Positions 45,786 to 55,991 of a stretch of 64,000 nucleotides of DNA are shown here, piece by piece. A program made the position numbers and the translations under genes. Numbering within the stretch: the stretch's first letter is position 1; every line of letters begins with the position of its first letter. The notes below the pieces were generated by a model that worked only from the letters and a program-made list of their open reading frames with translations, was not told the DNA's origin and searched no databases. Origin of the DNA: an uncultured Bacillota bacterium (lineage in GTDB: Bacteria > Sysuimicrobiota > Sysuimicrobiia > Sysuimicrobiales > Segetimicrobiaceae); NCBI GenBank assembly GCA_963804645.1, contig CAWDRG010000011.1, positions 1-64,000 on the forward strand. Direction: 5' to 3'.

Positions 45786-47911
45786 ATGCCTCGACCGTAT
45801 CGGATCGGCCTCGACATCGGCGGCACGTTTACCGACCTCGTGCTGGCCAACGACGCGACCGGCGAGATCCGCCTGCACAAGCTGCTGACGACCCCGCGCG
45901 ACCCGGCCGAGGGGGCGCTCCGCGGCCTCGAGGAATTGTGCCGGGCCGCCGACATCGCCCTCGGCGACGTCGCGGCCCTCGTACACGGCACCACGCTCGT
46001 GACAAACGCGATCATCGAGCGCACCGGCGCGCGCACCGCCCTCATGACGACCCGGGGATTCCGAGACATCCTCGAGATGGGCAAGGAGCAGCGCTACGAC
46101 ATCTACGACCTCTTCCTCCAGTACCCGGCCCCGCTCGTTCCCCGGCGGTGGCGGATCGAGGTCGACGAGCGCCTCGCCCGGGACGGCACGGTGCTCAGGC
46201 CGCTCGATCCGGACGAGGTGCGGGCGGCCGCCCGGACGCTGGTCTCGCAGGGGGTCGAGGCGATCGCCGTCGCGTTCCTCCACGCGTACGCCAACCCCGC
46301 GCACGAGCGCGCGGTCCGGGACCTCCTCGCGCGAGCGCACCCCACCCTCAGCGTGTCTATCTCGAGCGAGGTCGATCCGGAGATCCGCGAGTACGAGCGC
46401 ACCTGCACCACGGCCTGCAACGCGTACGTACAGCCGCTGGCCGACCGGTACCTCGCGCGCCTGGCTCGGGCGCTCGACGCCCGCGGCTTCCGCGGCCGGT
46501 TTACGCTGATGCAGTCCTCGGGCGGCACGATCGCGCCGGACGCCGCGCGCCGGTTTCCGATCCGCCTCTTGGAGTCCGGGCCGGCCGGCGGCGCGCTCGT
46601 CACCGCCTTCTTCGGCGCGCAGCTCGCCCGGCGGGATCTCGTCGCGTTCGACATGGGGGGCACGACCGCGAAGCTGTGCCTGATTCGCGACGGCCGCCCG
46701 GAGATCGCGCCGAGCATCGAGGCGGCGCGCGTCCACCGGTTCAAGCGCGGGTCCGGGCTGCCGGTCACCGTGCCGGTCGTGGACATGATGGAGATCGGCG
46801 CCGGCGGCGGGTCGGTCGCGCGCGTCGACACGCTCGGGCTCCTGAAGGTGGGCCCCCACAGCGCGGGCGCCTCTCCGGGGCCGGCCAGCTACGGGCTCGG
46901 CGGGGACGACGCGACCGTCACCGATGCCTGCGTCGTCCTCGGCTACTTCGATCCCGGCTCCTTTCTCGGCGGGACGATGCGGCTCGACCGGGACGCCGCG
47001 GCGCGCGCGCTCGGACGCCTCGGCGCCCAGGTCGGGCTCGATCCGATCGCCGCCGCCTGGGGCGTGTACCAGATCGTGAGCGAGAACATGGCCGCCGCGG
47101 CGCGCGTGTATCTGATCGAACGCGGGCAGGATCCCCGGCGGTTCGCGATGGTCGCGTTCGGAGGCGCGGGTCCGGCGCACGCGCCCCGGGTCGCCCGGAT
47201 CCTCGGCGTCGAGGAGGTGATCGTCCCGCGGGCCTCAGGGGTCGCCTCGGCGCTCGGCTTCCTCGTCTCCCCCACGAGCTTCGATCTCGTCCACTCCCAC
47301 CCGGGCGTCCTCGATGCGCTCGAGTGGACGCAGGTCACGGCGCTGTACGAGGCGATGGAGGCGCAGGGCCGCGCGCTGCTCCGCGACGCCGGCGTCCGGC
47401 CCGAGGAAGTCACCTGCCGGCGCCGCGCCGACGCGCGCCTCGCCGGGCAGTTCCACGACATCGAGATCCCGGTCCCCGACGGCCGCCTCGCCGAGACCCA
47501 CGCGCCGGTGCTCGCGGCCGCGTTCGAGGCCGAATACCGGCGGCTGTACGGCACCTTCCTCCCCGGGCGCCAGGTGCAAGTGCTCAACTGGCGCGTCCTC
47601 GTGACCGGCCCGCCGCCGGCCCTCGCGCTCGCGCGTACCGGCGCGTCCCGGGAACCGACGGCGCGGCCGCGCTGCGGGGGCGACGCGCCGCCTACTTCCC
47701 CGAGACCGAGGGATTCGTGGAGGTTCCGGTCTACGACCGCGACCGCCTGGTCCCAGGCGCGCGCGTCCGGGGACCTGCGATCGTCGAGGAGCGCGAGGCC
47801 ACAACCGTCGTCGGGCCCGGCGACGCGCTGACGGTCGATCCCCTCTCCAACCTGATCGTCCGGGTGGCCCCGCCCGCGGCCCGCGCGCCGACCTCGCGCG
47901 ACGCGCGATGA
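45786..47911 (+). pseudogene. Hydantoinase/oxoprolinase subunit A, frameshift at ~47620-47670
   Basis: IGLDIGGTFTD, HGTTLVTNA, ESGPAGG, DMGGTT; C-terminus (AYFPETEG..GPAIVEEREATTVV) is in ORF 45665-47911. Confidence 0.85.
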
Positions 47912-49617
47912 CGCCTCCGTTTGATCCGGTGTCGCTCGAGATCATGTGGAGCCGGCTCGTCCACATCGCCGAAGAATGCTGGATCACGATTTACCGCACC
48001 GCGTTCAGTACGATCATCGGCGAAGCGCAGGATTTCGGGTGCGAACTGTTCGACGCGGACGCCCAGTCGATCGCCCACTCCACGCGCTCGATGCCGGTGT
48101 TCAACCTGACGCTGCCGCTCGCGGTCCGGCAGATGCTGCGGGCGTATCCGAAAGAGACGCTCGCCCCCGGCGATGTCTTGATCACCAACGACCCGTGGAT
48201 CTGCGCCGGGCATCTGCCCGACCTCGCCATCGTCACGCCGGTGTTCCGCCGGGACGCGCTCGTCGGCCTGGTGGGGTCGATCGCCCACGCGTCGGACATC
48301 GGCGGGACCCGGGACTCGTCCCTCGCGCGCGAGGTGTACGACGAGGGGCTGCAGATTCCACCGCTCCGCCTCTACCGGGCCGGCGTGCTCAACGAGGACC
48401 TCGCAGCGATGATCGGCCGCAACGTCCGGCGCCCCGAGATGGTGCTCGGCGACATTCAGGCGCAGGTCACGAGCAACCACGTGGGCGCGACGCGCCTCGT
48501 CGCGTTCATGGACGAGTACCGCCTCGACTCCCTCGCGGTGCTGGCGCACGAGGTGCAGGATCGGGCGGAGCGCGCCATGCGGGACGCGATCCGCGCGGTG
48601 CCGGAGGGGACGTACCGGAGCGAGGTCGGGTTCGACGGGATGGGCGAGCCGCTGCGGCTGCCCTGCGCGGTCACGGTCCGCGGAGACGAGATCACGGTCG
48701 ACTGGACCGGCGCGCCGCCGCAGCTGCCGCGCGGCGGCGTCAACTGCACGTACCACTACACGGCCGCGCACACCACGTACGCGCTGAAATCGATCCTGAC
48801 GCCCGAGATCCGGTCCAACGCCGGCTGCTACCGGCCGTTTCGCGTCATCGCGCCGGAGGGATCCATCCTCAACTGCCGGTACCCGGCCGCCGTAAACAGC
48901 CGCACGCATACGGGCTGGCACCTGGGTCCCGCGGTGTTCCTGGCGCTCGCCGGCGTCCTCCCGGACCGGGTGCAGGCGTTCACGGGTCTCCCGATCGGCA
49001 TGGGCGCGTACGGCGTCGACGGCACCGGGCGGGTCTTCAACGACCACCTGTTCCAGGGCGGCGGCCAGGGCGCAAGCGCCCACGGCGACGGCAAGTCTGC
49101 GCTCCTCTATCCGACCTCCGCCGCGAACGTCTCGGTCGAGATGTTCGAGAGCCGCACGCCGCTCCTGGTGGAATGCAAGGAGCTGATCCCCGACAGCGGC
49201 GGCCCGGGACGCGCCCGCGGCGGACTGGGCCAGCGGGTGCGGATCCGGCTGCTCGCGGCCGGCCCGACGCCGGCCCTCGTCGACTGCTGGCCGCTCGGCC
49301 AGCTCGTGCCGACGCCCGGGCTGCACGGCGGGCATCCGGGAGCCTTGGCGCGCGCCCGCCTCGCCGGCTCCCACGGCGGGGCGCACGGAGAGGCCGCCGA
49401 TCGATCGGGCGTGGTGGAACTGCGCGCGCCGGAGGAGCGCGCGACGATCGAGATCGCGGGGGGCAGCGGCTACGGACCTCCCGCCGAGCGGCCGCTGGAG
49501 CGCGTGCAGCGCGACCTCGACGAGGGGTACATCACGCCCACGGGCGCCGCGGCGTACGGGGTCATCGTGGAACGGGACGGACGGGCGCGGCGGCCGGCCG
49601 CCGGATCATCGGAGTGA
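47908..49617 (+). CDS. Hydantoinase B / oxoprolinase subunit B
   Basis: DPVSLEIMWSRL, NDPWICAGHLPD, HASDIGG, DSGGPGRARGG, GGSGYG. Confidence 0.92.
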   Translation: MTPPFDPVSLEIMWSRLVHIAEECWITIYRTAFSTIIGEAQDFGCELFDADAQSIAHSTRSMPVFNLTLPLAVRQMLRAYPKETLAPGDVLITNDPWICAGHLPDLAIVTPVFRRDALVGLVGSIAHASDIGGTRDSSLAREVYDEGLQIPPLRLYRAGVLNEDLAAMIGRNVRRPEMVLGDIQAQVTSNHVGATRLVAFMDEYRLDSLAVLAHEVQDRAERAMRDAIRAVPEGTYRSEVGFDGMGEPLRLPCAVTVRGDEITVDWTGAPPQLPRGGVNCTYHYTAAHTTYALKSILTPEIRSNAGCYRPFRVIAPEGSILNCRYPAAVNSRTHTGWHLGPAVFLALAGVLPDRVQAFTGLPIGMGAYGVDGTGRVFNDHLFQGGGQGASAHGDGKSALLYPTSAANVSVEMFESRTPLLVECKELIPDSGGPGRARGGLGQRVRIRLLAAGPTPALVDCWPLGQLVPTPGLHGGHPGALARARLAGSHGGAHGEAADRSGVVELRAPEERATIEIAGGSGYGPPAERPLERVQRDLDEGYITPTGAAAYGVIVERDGRARRPAAGSSE

Positions 49618-49668
49618 CGCGCGATCGACGCGGGACGCGCGGCGCCCAACAGGCCTGCGCCGCGCCGG

Positions 49669-50805
49669 CTAGGCGAGAGAGCCGCGCTGTTCCACCTTGA
49701 GATCGTCGGGCGCGATCCTCCGCTTGCCTCGCCCGGAGTTTTCCGCACCCACGGCCGCCGCCTCCACCTTGCGCTGGTCGGGGCGCACCTCCCGCTTCTG
49801 TCCTCGGGGGCGCCGCGGCGCGCCGGCCCAGTTGTCCCAGATGCTCTCCACCGTGTTCTTCAGCAGGGTCAGGTTCTCCGGCGTCGCCGTCCGGCACCGT
49901 AGGGCGATCTCGTCGACGAGGATTTCCATGCGCTCGATGGCATCGGCGAACTCCCGCACGGCGTCGGGCAGGTCGGCGCCCGTTCGCGAAAGATCACCGC
50001 TGCCCAACTTCTCGTCCCACAGCGTCCGGACGGCGCGCATTGTGTCGTCAAACTCCGCGGTGGCCTCACAGTCCGGCACGCTCACCACGGCCGCGCCGTC
50101 GAGCCGCACGATGTTCAGGGAGTCCCGCAGGCGGTCGGCGCTCTTCGGCAGCCCCCCGGCCGTTTCGATGTCCTCCAGAATACCCGCCAGCATCTTGGAC
50201 ACTACGCTCGACGCGATGAAACCCGAGATGTACACGTGGAGCTTTTGCTGCACGTCTCTCAGATCCCGCAGACGCGACGCCTCGACGGAGACCAGCCGGT
50301 CGGCGCCGTCGCCGGCGGCAGACGCTTCCCGGTCGACGTTCGTCACCGCCGACGTGTCGGCGGCCGGACGCACGTCGCGGGAATCATTTCTCACGAACAC
50401 CGGGTCCGGGCCCGCGACGTCATGACGGGCGAGGTCTTGATGGAAGGTATTGGTCGCGACCTCCGGCGCGGGCTGGTCGACGACCGGCCCGCCCGCCCTC
50501 GGGCCGTCTTGCGGCCGGCCAGACCGCAGGATGCCGGTGATGGTCAACCCGGCGATAACGACGCAGGCGACGATGAACTCGGGTTCGGTCAAGTGGCCGG
50601 TGATCGCTGCGAGGATGACCAAGAGGGTCACGATCGCGATGATAAACAGCAACACTTGGTTGTCGATGCGCTGGATCGCGGCCTTGAGGGCATCCGTCAG
50701 CCCGGACAGAGGCGAGCCCCCGGCATCGGACCCGGACGGCGAGCCATTGGAATCTCCGCGCGGTCGACTCACGGCATGCGCGCTCCCCGCCCGTGCGTCG
50801 TCCAC
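49669..50805 (-). CDS. Hypothetical protein with two N-terminal TM helices (start uncertain)
   Basis: 378-aa ORF, two hydrophobic segments then a helical acidic domain; no motif recognised. Confidence 0.55.
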   Translation of the reverse strand: MDDARAGSAHAVSRPRGDSNGSPSGSDAGGSPLSGLTDALKAAIQRIDNQVLLFIIAIVTLLVILAAITGHLTEPEFIVACVVIAGLTITGILRSGRPQDGPRAGGPVVDQPAPEVATNTFHQDLARHDVAGPDPVFVRNDSRDVRPAADTSAVTNVDREASAAGDGADRLVSVEASRLRDLRDVQQKLHVYISGFIASSVVSKMLAGILEDIETAGGLPKSADRLRDSLNIVRLDGAAVVSVPDCEATAEFDDTMRAVRTLWDEKLGSGDLSRTGADLPDAVREFADAIERMEILVDEIALRCRTATPENLTLLKNTVESIWDNWAGAPRRPRGQKREVRPDQRKVEAAAVGAENSGRGKRRIAPDDLKVEQRGSLA

Positions 50806-50914
50806 CCCATGGACGACTCTCGGGCCGCGCGACGACGTGCCGTCCCCCCGGCCGCCGCCGACGCGCCTCGCGCTATTCTAACATACGCCTCGCGTGGCGA
50901 GCGATCCGCGGGCG

Positions 50915-52924
50915 TCAGCGCTCCGCGACCGTGTACCGCTCCAGCCACTCCGCGGCCCTCCGGAACAGGTCGATCCGGTGGCTCGGCCGACCGCTGCCGC
51001 GAAACGCGTGGCTCTGCCCCGGATACCGGACAAACTCGGTCGGCACCCGCCCGATGGCGAGCAGCCCGATGTACCACTCCTCGCCCTGTCCAATCGGGCA
51101 CCGATCGTCGGCCTCGCCGTGCACCACAAGCGTCGGGGTCGTCACATGCTCGATGGAGTGGATCGGCGACAGCCGCCGGAAGAGCTCCCGGTGGCCGACC
51201 AGATCCCCCCCGACCTCGCGCGGCGTGAACCACGGCCCGATGTCGGACGTCCCGTGGAACGACTCCGCGTTCACGACGGGTGCGCCGACGACCGCCGCCT
51301 TGAAGCGGTCCGTGTGCGAAGTCGTCCACGCGGTCATGAACCCGCCGTAGGAGTACCCGCTGACCGCGAGGCGCGCGGGATCCGCGATGCCGTCCGCCAC
51401 GAGCGCGTCGACCGCGGCGAGCTGCTCCGGCAGATCGTGCTCGCCCCACCGACCGCGAATCCCGTCCTGAAAGGCCTTGCCGTACGAGCCCGATCCGGTC
51501 GGGTTCAGCGCGAGCACCGCCCATCCGCGGCACGCGAGCAGGAACATGTGGAGCGCCCCCCCGGGAAATGCGTTCCCGTGGTAGCTGTGGGGCCCCCCGT
51601 GGATCTCCACGAGGAGCGGCGCCGGACGCCGCCGGTCGGTCGGGGCGACGACCCACCCGTCGAGCGTCCCACCGTGCGGGCCGTCGAACAGCCGATGCTC
51701 CACGTGGGGCAACGCGACCGCCGAGAGCCAGGCGTCGTTGAGCCGCGTGAGGCGCCGCTCGTGGGTGCCGTCGCGATCGCACGCGTAGACGTCCGCCGGC
51801 GTCGACCAGTCGGTCGCGGAGAACGCGATCCGGTGCGCGCCGGCGGACAGCGCCTGGACCTGCCGCGCGCCCCCGACCACGGCCGCCACGGCCCCATCTG
51901 CCACCGCCACGCGCGCGACGTGCACACACCCGGCGTCGGCGATCGGCACGACGAGGGTGCGGCCGTCCGGCGACCACGCCGGGGGCGAGGTCGCCTCCGG
52001 CTGGCGCGCGAGCGCGACGGCCCGATCGTACCCCGCGGTCAGCGGGCGCGCGGGCCCGTCATCGACCGGCACCAGCCACACGCGCACCATCGCGTCCCCG
52101 AGCGCGGCGTCCTGCGTGTCGAGCGCGTAGAACGCGATCGTCCCGCCCTCCGGGGACCACGACGGGGCCACCGCGCGCCCGGCGTCCTCCGAAAGACGCC
52201 GCGCGTGGCGGCCGTCCGCGTCCATCACCCACACGTCGTACGCGCGAAGATCCATCGGACCGGTGCGCCCGCGCACATACGCGATCCGGCGGCCATCCGG
52301 CGACCACGCGGGAGCCGCGTGATCCGCCTCGCCGGCCGTGAGCGCGGTGACGGCGCCCGAGTCGAGCGCCGCGACGAAGAGCTGGGACACCGCGTCGAAC
52401 GTGTAGCCCGATCCGTCGGCCTTGTACGCCCCGCGGGTCACGACGCGGGGACGCTTCGTCCACATCCCCTGCGCCGCGCGGTCGTCGGGCGGCTGATCCT
52501 TGGACACCCGCGCGCAGAACGCCACGCGCGCCCCGTCGGGCGACCACGCGGCGGGCCCGGCGCCGCCGGCCAGCGAGGTCAGCCGATGGGGCTCGCCGCC
52601 GCCGACCGGCAGGAGGTAGAGCTGCCCGGGCTTGCCGTCCCGGTCGGAGAGGAACGCGAGCCACCGCCCGTCCGGCGACCAGCGCGGCGCCCAGTCGCGG
52701 CCCGCGCCGCGCGTGAGGCGCGCCGGCTCGCCGCCGCCCGCGGGCACGACGTAGATCGCCGACCGATACTCATCGTGCTCGAGGTCCACGTCGACGCGCG
52801 TGTAGGCGACGAGGCGGCCGTCCGGGGACAGCGCCACATCCGGCACCGCCACAATCGACGCTGCGTCCTCCGCGCGCATCGCGCGGCCCGCGGCGTGCGG
52901 CGCGGCTCCTGCGTGTCCAGTCAT
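50915..52924 (-). CDS. S9 family serine peptidase (acylaminoacyl/dipeptidyl peptidase-like)
   Basis: PD40/WSPDG propeller repeats; IHGGPH, GYSYGG, HGEADDRC, YPGQSH. Confidence 0.92.
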   Translation of the reverse strand: MTGHAGAAPHAAGRAMRAEDAASIVAVPDVALSPDGRLVAYTRVDVDLEHDEYRSAIYVVPAGGGEPARLTRGAGRDWAPRWSPDGRWLAFLSDRDGKPGQLYLLPVGGGEPHRLTSLAGGAGPAAWSPDGARVAFCARVSKDQPPDDRAAQGMWTKRPRVVTRGAYKADGSGYTFDAVSQLFVAALDSGAVTALTAGEADHAAPAWSPDGRRIAYVRGRTGPMDLRAYDVWVMDADGRHARRLSEDAGRAVAPSWSPEGGTIAFYALDTQDAALGDAMVRVWLVPVDDGPARPLTAGYDRAVALARQPEATSPPAWSPDGRTLVVPIADAGCVHVARVAVADGAVAAVVGGARQVQALSAGAHRIAFSATDWSTPADVYACDRDGTHERRLTRLNDAWLSAVALPHVEHRLFDGPHGGTLDGWVVAPTDRRRPAPLLVEIHGGPHSYHGNAFPGGALHMFLLACRGWAVLALNPTGSGSYGKAFQDGIRGRWGEHDLPEQLAAVDALVADGIADPARLAVSGYSYGGFMTAWTTSHTDRFKAAVVGAPVVNAESFHGTSDIGPWFTPREVGGDLVGHRELFRRLSPIHSIEHVTTPTLVVHGEADDRCPIGQGEEWYIGLLAIGRVPTEFVRYPGQSHAFRGSGRPSHRIDLFRRAAEWLERYTVAER

Positions 52925-52962
52925 CGGGCATCTCCTCTCAGGTGCCGGCCGTTCCCGACCGG

Positions 52963-54360
52963 TTAGTGACGGGCGCGAGTCTTGAGAAACGCGATCAGCT
53001 GGTCGAGTTGGTCCGTCGTGATGTTGCCGGCGAACGCCGGCATGTTCGTGCCGCCGTTCAGGATGCGCCACGTCATCTCGGCCGGCGACAGCCGGTCCGC
53101 GACGTAGGTCAGGTCCGGGCCGCGCTGGCCGCCCAGGCCGGCGATCGTGTGGCACGCCTCGCATCCCTTGTCGTGAAAGAGCGCGGCGCCCGCGACGACC
53201 GGGCCGCCGGAGGCGGCGACCACCGCCGCCGGCAGCGGCGGCGCGTCGAAATTCGGAGACCACGGCGACTCGGCGCCGGCGACCCACAGGGTGGCGATCA
53301 TCATGCAGACGACGAGCACGCTGCCCACCGCCCACGGCCGCCGGGACGGGCTGCGCTCACCCCGGTTCGAGACGAACGGGATCAAGAGCAGCACGACCCC
53401 GGCCACCAGCGGGCTGATGATCATGAACGCGTTCTCGAGCGCCGGCGGAATGAGCGCGAGCGCGCCGAAGTACCAGAGCAGATACCAGTCCGGCCGCGGG
53501 TCGGCGCTCAGCACGGTCGGGTCGGGCGGCTTGTCCAGCGCGGGCGCCCCGAACACCAGCGCGGCGAGCACGACCGCGGTCACCATGCACACTCCGAACA
53601 CGATGTCGCGCCACGCGGCATCAGGCCAGAACGGCTCGCCCTCCCGCTCCAGCATCGCCTGATACCACGCGCGGTACGTCTTCGGGTCCACGGGACGGCC
53701 CGCCTGCGGCGGCTCCGAGATGCCGTGGTGGAGTACCAGCCACAGGTGGATCGCGATGAACACAAAAATGATCGCGGGAATGAAAAACACGTGGAACGCG
53801 AAGAACCGGCTGAGCGTCTGGCCGCCCCAGGTGTCGCCGGCCAGGACGAAGTGGGCGACCGCGCCGCCGATCGCCGGGATCCGCCCCACCTGCTCGGCGA
53901 CGACCGCGACGGTCCACACCGCCGTCTGGTCCCACCGCAGCAGCTGGCCTGTGAACGCGATCACGATCGTCACCATGAACAGCACGACGCCGGTGAGCCA
54001 GTTCGCCTCGCGGGGATACTTGTAGGCGCCCATCAGAAACGTCCGGGCCATGTGCAGCCCGATCAGCAGCACCATCGCGGACGCGGCCCAATAGTGGATG
54101 CCGCGCAGCACCCGCCCGAACGGCGCCTGGGTCGAGATGAACTGCAGCGTTTGATACGCGTCGTTGGTCGAGGGAATGTACGCGAGCGCCAGCGCGATGC
54201 CGGTGACCACCTGCACGAGAAACGCGAACAGCGTCGCGCTGCCGAACACGTAGTACCAGCGGGAGTTCGGCGGCACGGGATGGCGCAGCACCGGCCCCAT
54301 CGCCTTGGACAGACCGGTCCGGTCGTCGAACGCCTCCCACGCGCGCCTCAGGATCCGCAT
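52963..54360 (-). CDS. Cytochrome b fused to C-terminal cytochrome c
   Basis: RGIHYWAAS..LHMARTF, FAFHVF..IHLWL, PDWY, CEACH. Confidence 0.92.
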   Translation of the reverse strand: MRILRRAWEAFDDRTGLSKAMGPVLRHPVPPNSRWYYVFGSATLFAFLVQVVTGIALALAYIPSTNDAYQTLQFISTQAPFGRVLRGIHYWAASAMVLLIGLHMARTFLMGAYKYPREANWLTGVVLFMVTIVIAFTGQLLRWDQTAVWTVAVVAEQVGRIPAIGGAVAHFVLAGDTWGGQTLSRFFAFHVFFIPAIIFVFIAIHLWLVLHHGISEPPQAGRPVDPKTYRAWYQAMLEREGEPFWPDAAWRDIVFGVCMVTAVVLAALVFGAPALDKPPDPTVLSADPRPDWYLLWYFGALALIPPALENAFMIISPLVAGVVLLLIPFVSNRGERSPSRRPWAVGSVLVVCMMIATLWVAGAESPWSPNFDAPPLPAAVVAASGGPVVAGAALFHDKGCEACHTIAGLGGQRGPDLTYVADRLSPAEMTWRILNGGTNMPAFAGNITTDQLDQLIAFLKTRARH

Positions 54361-54372
54361 CGTCGGCCGCCG

Positions 54373-54900
54373 TCAGTCGGTCGTGATGGGCAGCGGGCTC
54401 GTGAGGATCTCGACCTGCCCCTCCCGCACGCGCACCGGGTAGCGCGGCAGCGGGCGCGGCGGCGGGCCCGCCGCGACGGTCCCGTCGCCGTAGTAGACGC
54501 CGCCGTGGCAGGGACACATGAACAGGTTCGCGTCCGGCAGCCAGCGGACGGGGCACCCGAGGTGCGTGCAGTTCACCGAATACGCGATGAACGCGTCCTC
54601 ACCGTCGCGGCGGAGCCAGGCCGCGGTCCGGGCGACGACACCGGCCCACGGCAGCGGCGACGAGTCAGCGAAGGCCACCTCGGTCGTCGTGCCGACCCGG
54701 AACGCCGTCGCGGGGCCGACAGGACGCCACACCGGCTCCGTGGTCTCGAACAGCGGGGCGACGAGAAACCCCACGAACGGAATCCCGACGATCGCCGCAC
54801 CCCACAGGCTGAGCGCGACGCTCACGCGGGTGAGGAACTCGCGCCGGCGCACGCCCCCCGGGCCCTCGTCGCGCGCGGCCCCGCCGCAGGGGTCAGTCAT
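54373..54900 (-). CDS. Rieske Fe-S subunit (Tat)
   Basis: RRREFL, CTHLGC, CPCHGG. Confidence 0.95.
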   Translation of the reverse strand: MTDPCGGAARDEGPGGVRRREFLTRVSVALSLWGAAIVGIPFVGFLVAPLFETTEPVWRPVGPATAFRVGTTTEVAFADSSPLPWAGVVARTAAWLRRDGEDAFIAYSVNCTHLGCPVRWLPDANLFMCPCHGGVYYGDGTVAAGPPPRPLPRYPVRVREGQVEILTSPLPITTD

Positions 54901-55141
54901 GCGGCGTCCCCTCGCGCCGGATTTCGTTGATCCAGCCGACCGCGGAGAACGCGAGTAGGCCGAGGCCGATGACGAGGACCAGGTACGACGTCACGATCGC
55001 CCAGAAGACCAGCACCGTCCCAAACGCCGCGGCCACCGGCCACAGCGTGCGCCGCGGGAGATCCGCGGGCAGCGGGAGGTTCCACCCCTCCTGGCCGCCG
55101 GGCGCCGCCTCGCGCGCCGGGCCGCCGTGCTCAGATTCCAT
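54893..55141 (-). CDS. Small two-TM oxidase subunit (subunit IV/CtaF-like)
   Basis: LPRRTLWPVAAAFG...GWINE; operon position. Confidence 0.65.
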   Translation of the reverse strand: MESEHGGPAREAAPGGQEGWNLPLPADLPRRTLWPVAAAFGTVLVFWAIVTSYLVLVIGLGLLAFSAVGWINEIRREGTPHD

Positions 55142-55991
55142 GGAGATCTCCTCCGAGTACGCCGTCGCGGATGCCGCGCGCGGGCGTGCGGTCCGCGCCG
55201 GCCTGGGTGCGCTCGCCGGCGCGCCACCACCAGCCGAGCGTCGCCAGGATCGCGGTCAGATACACGAGGCCGCCGGGCACCCACATCAGCAGGCCGCCGA
55301 GCTGCTGGTCCGCCTCCGGCGACAGCCCCCACGTGGTGCGGAGCATCGGCAGAATGCCGATCGGATCGGCGGGATGCAGATACGCCGGATAGAGCCCGGG
55401 CGGCGTCACGGTCAGGACGATCCCGAGCCCGCTCGAGACCAGCGCGGCGGCGAGCAGATACACGACCGCGCCGAGCGGCGGCATGCGGGACTCGCCGAGC
55501 GGCGCGCAGACGGGCCACCAGAAGATCACGCTCGCCGCGAGAAAGGTCAGATGCTGGACCACGTGCACACGCTCGTCGGCGAGCGCGACGTTGTAGAGGC
55601 TCGGCCAGTGCCAGAGCACGACGATCCCCATCCCGACGGTCCACGCCACCAGCGGATGGCGCAGCACCCGCTCGACGCGCCGGAGTCCGGGGTGGCCGAG
55701 GAGCAGGCGGACCCACGAGGCGGGCAGGCCGAGGATCAAGAGCGGCGGGACGACCAGGACGAGCAGCATGTGCTGCAGCATGTGCGCACTGAACAAGTAG
55801 CGGTCGCCGAGGACGTCCAGCGGCGAGAGGAGCGCCAGGGCGAGGACGACCATCCCCGACAGAAACCAGCCCCCGCGCCCGCGCACGCGTCCGCCGGTCA
55901 GCCCGAGATACCCGCCGACGGCGAGCGCGCAGCCGATGGCCACCGACGGCTGCCACGACCATGCCGCGGCCAGGGCCGCCCACCCGGTCAT
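55131..55991 (-). CDS. ctaG: Cytochrome c oxidase assembly factor (caa3 CtaG family)
   Basis: SPLDVLG..LFSAHMLQHMLL, WHWP, DQQLGGLLMWVPG. Confidence 0.85.
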   Translation of the reverse strand: MTGWAALAAAWSWQPSVAIGCALAVGGYLGLTGGRVRGRGGWFLSGMVVLALALLSPLDVLGDRYLFSAHMLQHMLLVLVVPPLLILGLPASWVRLLLGHPGLRRVERVLRHPLVAWTVGMGIVVLWHWPSLYNVALADERVHVVQHLTFLAASVIFWWPVCAPLGESRMPPLGAVVYLLAAALVSSGLGIVLTVTPPGLYPAYLHPADPIGILPMLRTTWGLSPEADQQLGGLLMWVPGGLVYLTAILATLGWWWRAGERTQAGADRTPARGIRDGVLGGDLHGI

